In this document: in pieces, positions 5,970-13,342 of the stretch
Layout of the letters: each line of letters opens with the position of its first letter
How positions within the stretch are numbered: the stretch's first letter is position 1
Origin: Solirubrobacterales bacterium
GTDB taxonomy: Bacteria; Actinomycetota; Thermoleophilia; Solirubrobacterales; 70-9
Direction of reading: 5' to 3'
Assembly (NCBI GenBank): GCA_036802505.1
Contig: DAIRWC010000001.1
Span: 1 to 41,349, forward strand
DNA length: 41,349 nt
Position numbers and translations under genes: made by a program
The notes under the pieces: model-generated
Seen by the model: the letters and a program-made list of their open reading frames with translations, nothing else
The model's database searches: none
What the model was told of the DNA's origin: nothing

Positions 5970-6754
5970 TTGGTCTTCTTCTCCTGTTTCGCGGGTTTGG
6001 GCTTCTCGGGCTCGGGCTCGGGCGCGGCCGGCGGCGCCAGCGACTTCGCCATCTCTTTGCGGAGGATCACCGCGTCGAGCGGAAGCGGATCGGGGAGGGG
6101 AGCAGAGTCCTCGGGGACGCGACCGCCGGCCTCGTGGTGCTCGGCGCCCTGGGTCCGCAGGACCCGCTTGCTCTTCTCCTCCTCCCCCTCCCACTCGGCA
6201 AGGAAGATGAAGTCGACGAAGCCGACGAGGAACTTGCGGGCCTGGCCGGAGAGGGTCGGCTGCGTGACCGTCTTCGAGCCGACCTTCTTCTTGACCTCGC
6301 GATCCTCGGCGTGGGAGATGAACCACACCCCGAGCCCCAGGTTGGCGAGCTTGCCGATCCGCAGTCGGAACTCGTCGGCGACGGCCGACCACCCCTTGCC
6401 GTATTCGGCGTCGCTCGGGTGCTTGATCCCGAGCTGGGCGCAGACGTAGTCGGAGCAGAAGCGGTAGAGCTCGTCGACCGTGTCGACGGCGACCACGTCG
6501 AAGCGCCGGTCCTTGCCCTTCTTCGCGTCTTCGGCGATTTCCTGGCCGACCGCAAGAAACTCCTCCCAATTGGAGACGGGCGCCTGGTAGACCTCGAGCG
6601 AGCCAAGGCCCGGTTCGGTCGCGATGAAGAGCGTCTTGTCGGGGTTGATCTTCGATGCGAACGTGCTCTTCCCGATCTTCGGCGGCCCGTAGAGGAGGGC
6701 CTTGATCCGAGCGGGGGAGAGCGACGGCGCAGACTTCTCGGTGGGGAGCGTCAT
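5966..6754 (-). CDS. RecA-superfamily ATPase, Sak4-like (AAA_24-type)
   Basis: Walker A LLYGPPKIGKST. Has VVAVDTVD and WFISHA motifs and a Lys/Pro/Glu-rich tail. ATGA overlap at 6751-6754. Synteny with the exonuclease and SSB-like genes. Confidence 0.7.
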   Translation of the reverse strand: MTLPTEKSAPSLSPARIKALLYGPPKIGKSTFASKINPDKTLFIATEPGLGSLEVYQAPVSNWEEFLAVGQEIAEDAKKGKDRRFDVVAVDTVDELYRFCSDYVCAQLGIKHPSDAEYGKGWSAVADEFRLRIGKLANLGLGVWFISHAEDREVKKKVGSKTVTQPTLSGQARKFLVGFVDFIFLAEWEGEEEKSKRVLRTQGAEHHEAGGRVPEDSAPLPDPLPLDAVILRKEMAKSLAPPAAPEPEPEKPKPAKQEKKTK

Positions 6755-7794
6755 GCGTTGTCCTCCTCGTTTTTGGTTGCTGGGGAAACGTCGGTGCCGG
6801 GGAACTTCTTCAAGATCGCGGCCGTGACCTCGCCATCGGTGTAGGGCTTCGCGGCCGAGCGATCGCTCCGCTGCTTCTCCTTGAAGAGCGAGGGCGCGTC
6901 GGGGTCGCCGACGCAGAGCGGAAGGAAGGGGCAGCCGCCGTAGTCGTGGCAATGGCTCGAGTTGCGCGGGTAGATCCGCGCCCTCGACGCCTCGCGCCGC
7001 TGAGCGGCCCATTGCCAGAGCTCGGCCTCGATCCGCACGAGGTCGGTGGCGCTGCGGGTGATCGGCTCCTCGACGAGATAGAACTCGGGCCGCTCGGCGT
7101 AGTCGGCTTCGACCCGCTCGGCGTACTCTTCGACCGTCTCCGTTTTCTTCTGCTTGATCGACGGCTTGCGGGTGAAGCGATAGGAGACGTCGGTGATCTC
7201 GTGGCCGGTCGCCCTCCAGATCCCGTAGCACTCGAGGGCGAGCTGCCGGTCGAGCTTCAACCGCTTGATCGCCACCGCCTGCATCTGCCCTACGAGCTTG
7301 TCCTCGATCAGCATCCAGTCGTCGGTGAGCCCGTCCGCGTAGCCCTCGAGGTCGAAGGTGCGCGAGTAGGCCCCGGTGTCGGGGTTGCGGAGCCGGACCC
7401 GATAGCCGAACTCGCGCCGCTCGTGCCGGCCGTAAGCGGCGAGGTAGGCCCTGGCCGCCCCGGTGACGATCGCGCAGTCGACGGTGAGCCGGTCCTGATC
7501 CTCTTGGGTGAGGATCGTCGCTTCCGCGGAGAGCTTGGCGACGCCGTCCGCGGGGTCGCCCGTCTCGGTCGCCTTGGCGAAGGCCCCGCCGAGACGAAGG
7601 CTGGCCGCCCTGGCGATCGGTTCGATCTTGTCGACGTAGCTGTAGGCGTAGCGCTGATGGCAGGCAAGCTGGGTGTTGAGCGACGAGTGCGAGAGCGAAG
7701 CGCGGCCTTCGCGGTCCTCTTGGTCGACGAGGTTCTGCTTGTCGGACGGGATCAGCTCGGGCAATCCCTCGAGCACGGTCAGCGCAACGGTCAT
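6751..7794 (-). CDS. PD-(D/E)XK exonuclease, Cas4/RecB-like with C-terminal Cys cluster
   Basis: Contains the IEDKLV motif (D/E-x-K) and a C-terminal CHDYGGCPFLPLC cluster typical of Cas4/AddB-type Fe-S nucleases. 347 aa. Confidence 0.65.
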   Translation of the reverse strand: MTVALTVLEGLPELIPSDKQNLVDQEDREGRASLSHSSLNTQLACHQRYAYSYVDKIEPIARAASLRLGGAFAKATETGDPADGVAKLSAEATILTQEDQDRLTVDCAIVTGAARAYLAAYGRHERREFGYRVRLRNPDTGAYSRTFDLEGYADGLTDDWMLIEDKLVGQMQAVAIKRLKLDRQLALECYGIWRATGHEITDVSYRFTRKPSIKQKKTETVEEYAERVEADYAERPEFYLVEEPITRSATDLVRIEAELWQWAAQRREASRARIYPRNSSHCHDYGGCPFLPLCVGDPDAPSLFKEKQRSDRSAAKPYTDGEVTAAILKKFPGTDVSPATKNEEDNA

Positions 7795-8018
7795 TGGGAC
7801 CTCTGGTAGCGACGGGATTTACAGGTATCGAAGTGGTGGCGGTGGCGCGAGCGGCTGTAGTCGCGGGGCAGCCGCGCCGGCCGAGCCGAGAGCACCCCGA
7901 AGTCGTGGAAGAGGACGAAGCTGCCCTCGTGGCAGTCGGGCTTCGCGTCGACGGGGATGGTGCGATCGCCGAGGCGGGCGAAGTTGATCGGCTCGTGACA
8001 GTCGCGGCAATTCGGCAT
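7791..8018 (-). CDS. Small zinc-finger-like protein (75 aa)
   Basis: Begins MPNCRDCHEP and also has CHEG and HRHHFDTC. Trimmed from track ORF 7791..8141. Start overlaps the upstream stop (TGATG). Confidence 0.55.
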   Translation of the reverse strand: MPNCRDCHEPINFARLGDRTIPVDAKPDCHEGSFVLFHDFGVLSARPARLPRDYSRSRHRHHFDTCKSRRYQRSQ

Positions 8019-8296
8019 CAGGCGGCCTCGGGCTCGAAGTGACGAAGCCGGTGGCAGTTGGCGCAGACGACGTCGCACTTGGCGATCTCCTCGCGGAGCT
8101 TCGCGAGCGCCTTGCGACCGCAGCCAACGAGCCTCGCCCAATCAGCGATCCGCGCCGTCTTCCCGTCGCCGTCACCGTGGTCGAAGTCCATTACCGGAAC
8201 CGGGTAGCTGCGCCCGCAGTCAACACACGGAACGGCCTTCGCCGCGACAACGATCTCGCGGACTCGGGCTCGGCGCTCTTGCTGGGTGGCTCGCAT
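8018..8296 (-). CDS. HNH endonuclease (92 aa)
   Basis: Has CVDCG, MDFDHGDG and CANCH, an HNH-type metal-finger arrangement. Trimmed to ATG 8296. Confidence 0.7.
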   Translation of the reverse strand: MRATQQERRARVREIVVAAKAVPCVDCGRSYPVPVMDFDHGDGDGKTARIADWARLVGCGRKALAKLREEIAKCDVVCANCHRLRHFEPEAA

Positions 8297-8553
8297 CAGA
8301 AGATGTCCTCCGGTCGGACTTCCTTGGGGGCATCCACTCTTTCCGGCTGGCCGGACAGAACGGTGGGTCGCCGACCCTCGCTGTTTGCGGCCTCGCGCTC
8401 GGCCTTCGCCTCCTCCTTGGTGCGACCGGCGCCGGGACAGCGCTTCCGCATCCCCGGCCGCCCGGCATCGTGGGCGTACATCGTGCCGTCGCTTTTGATC
8501 CTCGGGTGCCCGAGGCAGAAGGGGCATTGCACCTTCTCGGCCGAGGGGCTCAC
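8296..8553 (-). CDS. Hypothetical zinc-ribbon-like protein (85 aa)
   Basis: GTG 8553 in a GTGA overlap with the upstream stop. Contains a CPFC...C motif. High GC3. Confidence 0.5.
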   Translation of the reverse strand: MSPSAEKVQCPFCLGHPRIKSDGTMYAHDAGRPGMRKRCPGAGRTKEEAKAEREAANSEGRRPTVLSGQPERVDAPKEVRPEDIF

Positions 8554-9104
8554 TCGGAATCGACCGCCGACCACATCGCATCCTCGCCAAGCTGGTTGAG
8601 CAGCTTGCGAATGAACCGGATCTTCCCCGGCTTGTAGTGGCCGGCGGCTTCGAGCTTCTCGAGCAGCTTGTCGATCTCGTAGAGGGGCGACATCACGACC
8701 CGCTCCTTTTTCTCTCGAGCCCGGCGGGTGATTTCTTCCTGGGCCTCCCTCGAGATCGCCTCGGGCTCGCCGGAGAGGGCCGAGCTCGGCGACGACGTGT
8801 AGCCGCTCTCCTCTCCGGCCTCGGCGATCGCGGCGGGGTCGCCGACGTCGTGCGGCACCCCTTCCTCGTCGAAGCTGTCCCGAATCTTCTTGTAGTCGGT
8901 GCTGTGCGGGCTGGCCCGGAGGAGCCGAGCGGGATCGTCAGATGCCGGCGGCGAGTCGTCGATCACGACGCGACGCTTCCTCGAGAAGGGCTTGCCGCCG
9001 GTCCCTGGGATCAGGGTGATCGGGGATCTCCGCTTCCGCTTCGGTGGCTTCTCCCCCTCCCTCGCGGCTTCCCGTTTTCGCTGGGCCTCCGACTTCTCGA
9101 GCAT
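8550..9104 (-). CDS. Hypothetical protein (184 aa), basic N-terminus
   Basis: Track ORF 8550..9860 trimmed to ATG 9104 (TGATG overlap with the dnaB stop). The upstream extension is Arg-rich shadow sequence. Confidence 0.65.
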   Translation of the reverse strand: MLEKSEAQRKREAAREGEKPPKRKRRSPITLIPGTGGKPFSRKRRVVIDDSPPASDDPARLLRASPHSTDYKKIRDSFDEEGVPHDVGDPAAIAEAGEESGYTSSPSSALSGEPEAISREAQEEITRRAREKKERVVMSPLYEIDKLLEKLEAAGHYKPGKIRFIRKLLNQLGEDAMWSAVDSE

Positions 9105-10516
9105 CAGTCCTCCCTCACTTGGTCGTGGCCTGGCGGCGGTACATGCGTCTCGCCGACCTCGAGCTCCGACTGCTCGCGCTTGGGCGGCGGCGTCAGTCGG
9201 TAGAAGCGGTGGGTGCGGCTGTTTTGGTAGATCGGCAACGACTTCTTGAGGCCGTTGCGGACCTTGTCGAAGTAGAGCTCGCCCTCGGGCAGCACGTTCG
9301 CGTCTTCGTCCTGGCTGCGGTGCAGGAAGAGCACGGCGTCGGCGAGGGTTTCGAGGGAGCCCGAGCCCTTGAGATCGAGGCAGAGCGGCCGCGGCTTGAC
9401 TCCCTTCGGGTCGCGCAGCCGGTTCCGGTTCAAGTGGGCGACGGCGATCACGTGGCACTCGGCCCTCGAGGCGAGCCGCGCCAGCCGCCGGGTGATCGCC
9501 GCCGCGAGCTCGGTTTTCTCGAAGCCGGGGATTTCGGTGATCGGGTCGATCGCGACGACGTCGTAATCGCCGTACATGGCCCGCTCGGCGATTTTGTCGG
9601 CGCTCCAATCGAACGCCTCGAAGTAGTCGAAGGGCAGGGCTTGGTGTTTGTTGGCCGCCTCGAGCAGCCGCTTCATATCCTTCAGCTCGAGGCGGTTGCG
9701 CATAATCTTTTCGAGCGGCACCGCCGTCTCCGACGTCAACCACCTGGCCGCCCTCTCCTCGCGCCCCATCTCCGTCGCGAAGAGGCCGCATTTGTAGCCC
9801 TGCGCGGAGAAGGCGGCGAGCATCTGATCGAGCACCCAGCTCTTCCCCATCCCCGTCCACCCGGCCAGCACCGACATCTGCTTGCGGCGGAAGCCGCCGA
9901 TCACGCAGTCGTTGAGATCGGGCCAGGGCAACTCGAAGACGTCGCCCTCTTCCTGGGTGTCGAAGTAGTCGAAGAGCTCGGAGAGGATCGCCTCGCCCGA
10001 GGTCACTTCGGAGTCGACGGTGAAGTCAGCGGTGGCGAGCTCGAGCCCGTCGCGGATCATCTCGGCCTGCTTCTCGGGGTCGTCCTCGAAGACGCCTTGC
10101 TGAATGAGCTGGCCGCCGTGGAGCTTCGCCCGGAGCTGCGCGTTGAGCAGGACGATCTCGGCGTAGTGGCCCGCGTTGCCGGCGGCGGGGACTTTGGCGG
10201 CGAGCTCGGAGACGTAGTGCTTGCCACCGGCCTCGTCGATCTTCTGGCGCCGGGTCAGCTCCTCGTTGACCATCAGCTCGTCGGCGACGCCGTTGCGATC
10301 GGCGACGGAGCAGATCGCCTCGAAGATCAGCCGGTGCTTGTCGAGGTAGAAGTGCGCGGCGACCAGGCCGACATCGCCGCGGACCCGTTTGATCGCCGGC
10401 TGCGCGACGAGCATGGCGCCGATCACCGCCTCCTCGGCCTCGATGTTCTGCGGCGGGACCTGCACCGGGGCGGCCGCGGGCGGCGGCCCTCCGACGCTTC
10501 GGGTCACGCGGCCCAT
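9104..10516 (-). CDS. dnaB: Replicative DNA helicase, DnaB family
   Basis: N-terminal PQNIEAEEAVIGAML signature, Walker A GWTGMGKS and a VVAIDPIT Walker-B-like motif. 470 aa from ATG 10516. Confidence 0.85.
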   Translation of the reverse strand: MGRVTRSVGGPPPAAAPVQVPPQNIEAEEAVIGAMLVAQPAIKRVRGDVGLVAAHFYLDKHRLIFEAICSVADRNGVADELMVNEELTRRQKIDEAGGKHYVSELAAKVPAAGNAGHYAEIVLLNAQLRAKLHGGQLIQQGVFEDDPEKQAEMIRDGLELATADFTVDSEVTSGEAILSELFDYFDTQEEGDVFELPWPDLNDCVIGGFRRKQMSVLAGWTGMGKSWVLDQMLAAFSAQGYKCGLFATEMGREERAARWLTSETAVPLEKIMRNRLELKDMKRLLEAANKHQALPFDYFEAFDWSADKIAERAMYGDYDVVAIDPITEIPGFEKTELAAAITRRLARLASRAECHVIAVAHLNRNRLRDPKGVKPRPLCLDLKGSGSLETLADAVLFLHRSQDEDANVLPEGELYFDKVRNGLKKSLPIYQNSRTHRFYRLTPPPKREQSELEVGETHVPPPGHDQVRED

Positions 10517-11286
10517 CAGTCGAGCCCCTGCTCGCGGCGGATGCGCTCGGCCTCGGCGTTGACGTCGAAGCGCTTGGTGGCTTTCTTCGCCCGGTCGCGG
10601 GCCAGTTCGATCGACTGCTCGAAGATCGCGGCGTTGCCGTAGATGATCTTCGGCGTCGGCGGGCCGGTCCACCAATTCTCGCCCGCGAAGACGGCCTCGA
10701 CGATCTTGCCGTGCTGCTCCGCAGTCAGCTTCGGCCGTTCGCGGATGCGGCCGACGATCGGGGTCAGGTGCGGCTCGGTCGTGAGCTCGGTGCCGGCGGA
10801 ACTATTGAACAGCGAAACAACAGCAGCAGCGAGATCGAACTCGTCGTCGGAAACGACCTTTCCCCCCACCTTTTTTCTAGAAGGGGTTTTAGGGGTTTTC
10901 TCTGTAGAACTCTCTGCCTTACTAGACAAGCCGCCATTTTGGCGGGATGAAGCCGCCACTTTGTCGTGTTTCAAGTACGGCAATTTGTCGTAGTTCACGG
11001 AGTAGTGGGCGCGTCGATTCGTGCCCTCCGGCTGGTCGATCAAGAGGAGCTCGAGGTCCCGCAATTTGTCGATCACACGTTGGAAGGTGCGAAGGCTGAG
11101 CCAGGGAAACTCCTCCACCCATTTCTCCTGCGTGTTGTAGACCCACGGCTCTTCGCCGGCTCGGATCTTGTGCAGCGACCAGTAGTGGATTTGCTGCAAG
11201 ACGATCGACTCGTTGATGCCGATCTCGGCGGCCAGGGTGGGGAGCGCTTGGAGCGGGGGCTCGGCGATCAGGAGCGGAGACTTCAA
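10516..11286 (-). CDS. Replication initiator / replisome organiser (N-terminal winged-helix-like, C-terminal conserved phage C-terminus-like domain)
   Basis: TTG start in a TTGA overlap. The N-terminus has LAAEIGINESIVLQQIHYW. The C-terminus reads LFNSSAGTEL...IVGRIRERPKLTAEQHGKIVEAVF...WW...IIYGNAAIFEQ. Lies upstream of dnaB. Confidence 0.6.
   Translation of the reverse strand: MKSPLLIAEPPLQALPTLAAEIGINESIVLQQIHYWSLHKIRAGEEPWVYNTQEKWVEEFPWLSLRTFQRVIDKLRDLELLLIDQPEGTNRRAHYSVNYDKLPYLKHDKVAASSRQNGGLSSKAESSTEKTPKTPSRKKVGGKVVSDDEFDLAAAVVSLFNSSAGTELTTEPHLTPIVGRIRERPKLTAEQHGKIVEAVFAGENWWTGPPTPKIIYGNAAIFEQSIELARDRAKKATKRFDVNAEAERIRREQGLD
10882..10963. repeat. Iteron-like repeats in an AT-rich patch (candidate phage origin)
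   Basis: Tandem AGGGGTTTT x2 (10882-10899). AAGCCGCCAYTTTG x2 (10928-10941 and 10950-10963, 22-bp period). Palindrome CCGCCATTTTGGCGG. The locally lowest-GC stretch of the early region, inside the linker-coding part of the initiator gene. Confidence 0.5.
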
Positions 11287-11501
11287 GCCGCGGCCTTTTC
11301 AACCTCGAGCGCGGTGACGACGATCTCACCGCGTCGCACCGCCTCGGCCGCCTCGAGAAGCAACTGAGCCGGCGTAAGCCCCCAGCGCTCCGTGATCTCT
11401 CGGGTCGACACGTAGGCGCTGAGCGCGGCCTGTTTCTCGCGCGCCGCCAACTCCTCGTCGGCCATCCGGGCGAACGCGCTCCGGGCCTCGAGCTGGCTCA
11501 C
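11283..11501 (-). CDS. Small HTH-like protein, first gene of the leftward early operon (72 aa)
   Basis: GTG 11501 preceded by GAGGAGA. TREITERWGLTPAQLLLEAA looks like an HTH. Position is analogous to Cro or excisionase-type regulators. Confidence 0.6.
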   Translation of the reverse strand: MSQLEARSAFARMADEELAAREKQAALSAYVSTREITERWGLTPAQLLLEAAEAVRRGEIVVTALEVEKAAA

Positions 11502-11518
11502 CGATCTCCTCGCCGATT

Positions 11519-11533
11519 GTGATCCTGAATCAC
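11519..11533. promoter_or_regulatory. Palindrome GTGATCCTGAATCAC (candidate operator of the early-left operon)
   Basis: 5-bp arms GTGAT / ATCAC, 18 nt upstream of the first early-left start codon. Confidence 0.3.
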
Positions 11534-11565
11534 GGCGGGGAAGATGCTGCGCCGGTCGGACGGAA

Positions 11566-11602
11566 CAAAAAGCCCCCCTCCGATTCAGGGTCGGAGAGGG
11601 GC
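11566..11602 (-). terminator. Intrinsic terminator ending the integrase operon
   Basis: The reverse strand reads GCCCCTCTCCGA CCCTGAA TCGGAGGGGGGC TTTTTG. This is a 12-bp stem (one G-U), a 7-nt loop and a U-tract. Confidence 0.8.
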
Positions 11603-11634
11603 GGGGTGAGGCGCTTTGTTCGAGCTCGACGACC

Positions 11635-11829
11635 CTACGCTGGCCGCTCCGGCGACGTCAACCGGCGACCTCGCAATTTACGGCGAGCATCTTGCGCGGC
11701 CTCGACGTCGACGACCCTGCCGCGCCCTGGGCCGGCGACCGCGGGCCACACTTTGGCGACGTCCTCGGGGCAGACCTTCGCCCAATCGAAGAGCTGCGTC
11801 GGCGGCCGAGCCGGCGGCACGTTGCTCAT
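11635..11829 (-). CDS. Hypothetical protein (64 aa)
   Basis: ATG 11829 in an ATGA overlap with the preceding micro-ORF. High GC3 over most of its length. Confidence 0.5.
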   Translation of the reverse strand: MSNVPPARPPTQLFDWAKVCPEDVAKVWPAVAGPGRGRVVDVEAAQDARRKLRGRRLTSPERPA

Positions 11830-11957
11830 AGCCAGGCGCCCACCACTTCGACGAGCCAGGGCACCCCGAGGATCGCGACCGGGATCACGACGAGCGGCCA
11901 GAGCGGGCGGTTGACGTCGAGGATCGGGCCGCCGTCGTGGAACTGTGACGGGATCAC
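11826..11957 (-). CDS. Hydrophobic micro-protein (43 aa), not in the ORF track
   Basis: GTG 11957 (GTGA overlap) after GGGGGAGGAG. Product is VIPSQFHDGGPILDVNRPLWPLVVIPVAILGVPWLVEVVGAWL. All codons were read by hand. The stop overlaps the next ATG. Confidence 0.55.
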   Translation of the reverse strand: MIPSQFHDGGPILDVNRPLWPLVVIPVAILGVPWLVEVVGAWL

Positions 11958-12304
11958 GACTCCTCCCCCTCAGCGGCTTCCATTGCCCGCCGCATCTGGC
12001 AGAACATGCAGTTGCAGGGCGGCTCGGCCTCGGGGTCGTAGGCGATCGGGTCGAGCCGCATCGCCCCGAACTGCAAGCCGAGGGTGAACGCCTGCACCGC
12101 CGTCTTCGCAAGCCCCCCCCCCTCCCCGAAGAGGATCTTGAGCGTCCGGTTGACGTGGATCGGATCGAGGCCGTGGTCGGCGATGCACCCCATCCACGAC
12201 TTTTCGTTGCGGGTCAGGTGTTCAAAGACCTCCACGATTTCATCGGTGCTGTAGGTGTCGCTCGCCTTCGGTTTAGGCGGTGGTTGTTGGGCTCCGTCCC
12301 CCAC
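11954..12304 (-). CDS. Hypothetical protein, possibly a LuxR/GerE-like HTH (116 aa)
   Basis: GTG 12304 after GGAGGG. LTRNEKSWMGCIADHGLDPIHVNRTLKILFGE...AVQAFTLGL loosely fits the LuxR-type HTH pattern. Lies immediately downstream of int. Confidence 0.5.
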   Translation of the reverse strand: MGDGAQQPPPKPKASDTYSTDEIVEVFEHLTRNEKSWMGCIADHGLDPIHVNRTLKILFGEGGGLAKTAVQAFTLGLQFGAMRLDPIAYDPEAEPPCNCMFCQMRRAMEAAEGEES

Positions 12305-12306
12305 CC

Positions 12307-12912
12307 CTAACCCTCCACTCGAAGTAGAGAGTCAGCCAACTCGAAGGTCGGGTTGTGCTCGAGGCCACCCGCGTCCTTCATGTAGATCATCGTCGTCGTC
12401 GGCGAGGCGTGGCCGACCGCGAGCTGCACCTGATGCAGCGGCGCCCCGTCCTGCAAGGCGAGGGTGACGAAGCTGCGCCGTAGGGAGTGGGGCGAGAGGT
12501 CGGGGTTGACGCCGATCCAGTCAGCTAGGGCCTTGACGCGATCCCAGGCCGTCTGCCGGGAGATCCCGGCCAAGGGCTCGAGCACCGCCCCGGAGGCGTG
12601 TAGACGCGGCAGGAGCGGCCCCTGCTCGCGTCCTGCGAGGAACTCGTCGACCGCCTCGCAGACGACCGGGGCCAGCGGCACGACGCCGCGCTTGTTGCCC
12701 TTGCGCACCACGTGGAGGGTGCGGTGCCCGCCGGAGCTGCCGAGATCCTCGACGTCGGCCTTCACCGCCTCGGAGACGCGCAGGCCGTTGAGGCCGAGAA
12801 GGGCGACGAGCAAGAAGTCGCGTGGGTGGGTGTCGCGGGCGGCGAGGAGCAGCTTGCGCAGTTCCCCTCGATCGGCCCAGGGGGTCGTTAGGTCGGGTCG
12901 GCTAGAAGCCAT
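12307..12912 (-). CDS. int: Tyrosine recombinase/integrase, catalytic domain only (201 aa)
   Basis: ATG 12912 after GAAGGAGA. Catalytic set present: R (LRVSEA), K (VRKGNK), HxxR (HSLRRS), H (GHAS) and Y (MIYM). No room for an N-terminal core- or arm-binding domain. Confidence 0.8.
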   Translation of the reverse strand: MASSRPDLTTPWADRGELRKLLLAARDTHPRDFLLVALLGLNGLRVSEAVKADVEDLGSSGGHRTLHVVRKGNKRGVVPLAPVVCEAVDEFLAGREQGPLLPRLHASGAVLEPLAGISRQTAWDRVKALADWIGVNPDLSPHSLRRSFVTLALQDGAPLHQVQLAVGHASPTTTMIYMKDAGGLEHNPTFELADSLLRVEG

Positions 12913-12968
12913 CTGGATCTCCTTCGGTTGCCCCGGTTCCTGACGCCGGGATCGGGGCAGCCTACCAT

Positions 12969-12990
12969 GTGTACACGTATTTGCTAGGGT
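12969..12990 (+). promoter_or_regulatory. GTGTACAC-N8-TAGGGT promoter/operator motif, copy 2 (rightward, apparently leaderless)
   Basis: GTGTACAC at 12969-12976 and TAGGGT at 12985-12990. The GTG start at 12998 lies only 7 nt after the -10-like hexamer. Confidence 0.5.
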
Positions 12991-12997
12991 CCCCGCC

Positions 12998-13342
12998 GTG
13001 GAACCCAGGGACTTCCGCCCAACTGCCGAGCAGCTCCGGGTCTTCGAGCAGGGCGGCCCGCACAAGATCTCGTGGGTAGCCGGTCAACGCGCCGGTCGAC
13101 GTCGAGCGACCGAGATGGCGATCGTCGCCCAGGCGGCGAACCCCGAGGAGGCCGAGCTCGCGCTCGAGGATCTCCACACCAAGGGCATCGCCTGCCTCAC
13201 CGACGAGGGCAAGCGGGTCGAGCCGAAAGGCAACCGTCGATTCACCGTCGTCAAGTTCGACGAGGAGCGCCGGACGACCCCCTGCCCCGACTGCGACGGC
13301 GCCGGCTGCGAACACTGTGGCGACGGCCGGAGGCGGTCGTAG
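12998..13342 (+). CDS. Hypothetical protein with DnaJ-type CxxCxGxG zinc-finger pair (114 aa)
   Basis: GTG 12998. C-terminal CPDCDGAGCEHCGDG. High GC3 except for a short central stretch. Confidence 0.6.
   Translation: MEPRDFRPTAEQLRVFEQGGPHKISWVAGQRAGRRRATEMAIVAQAANPEEAELALEDLHTKGIACLTDEGKRVEPKGNRRFTVVKFDEERRTTPCPDCDGAGCEHCGDGRRRS

Noticed and set aside
5970-6569. Long N-terminal extensions of track ORFs. Examples are 5451..6569, 5966..7231, 8018..8590, 8550..9860, 9104..10675, 12307..13065, 14689..15684, 36871..37683, 37398..37895 and 31511..32089.
   Set aside because: The extensions overlap the upstream gene in another frame, are Arg/Pro-rich and have poor GC3. Internal ATG, GTG or TTG codons sit exactly at stop/start overlaps or behind SD sequences.
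11632-11637. A fourth TAGGGT hexamer on the reverse strand.
   Set aside because: It overlaps the TAG stop of gene 11635..11829, has no GTGTACAC partner and lies upstream of the operon terminator. It is probably a chance occurrence rather than a promoter.
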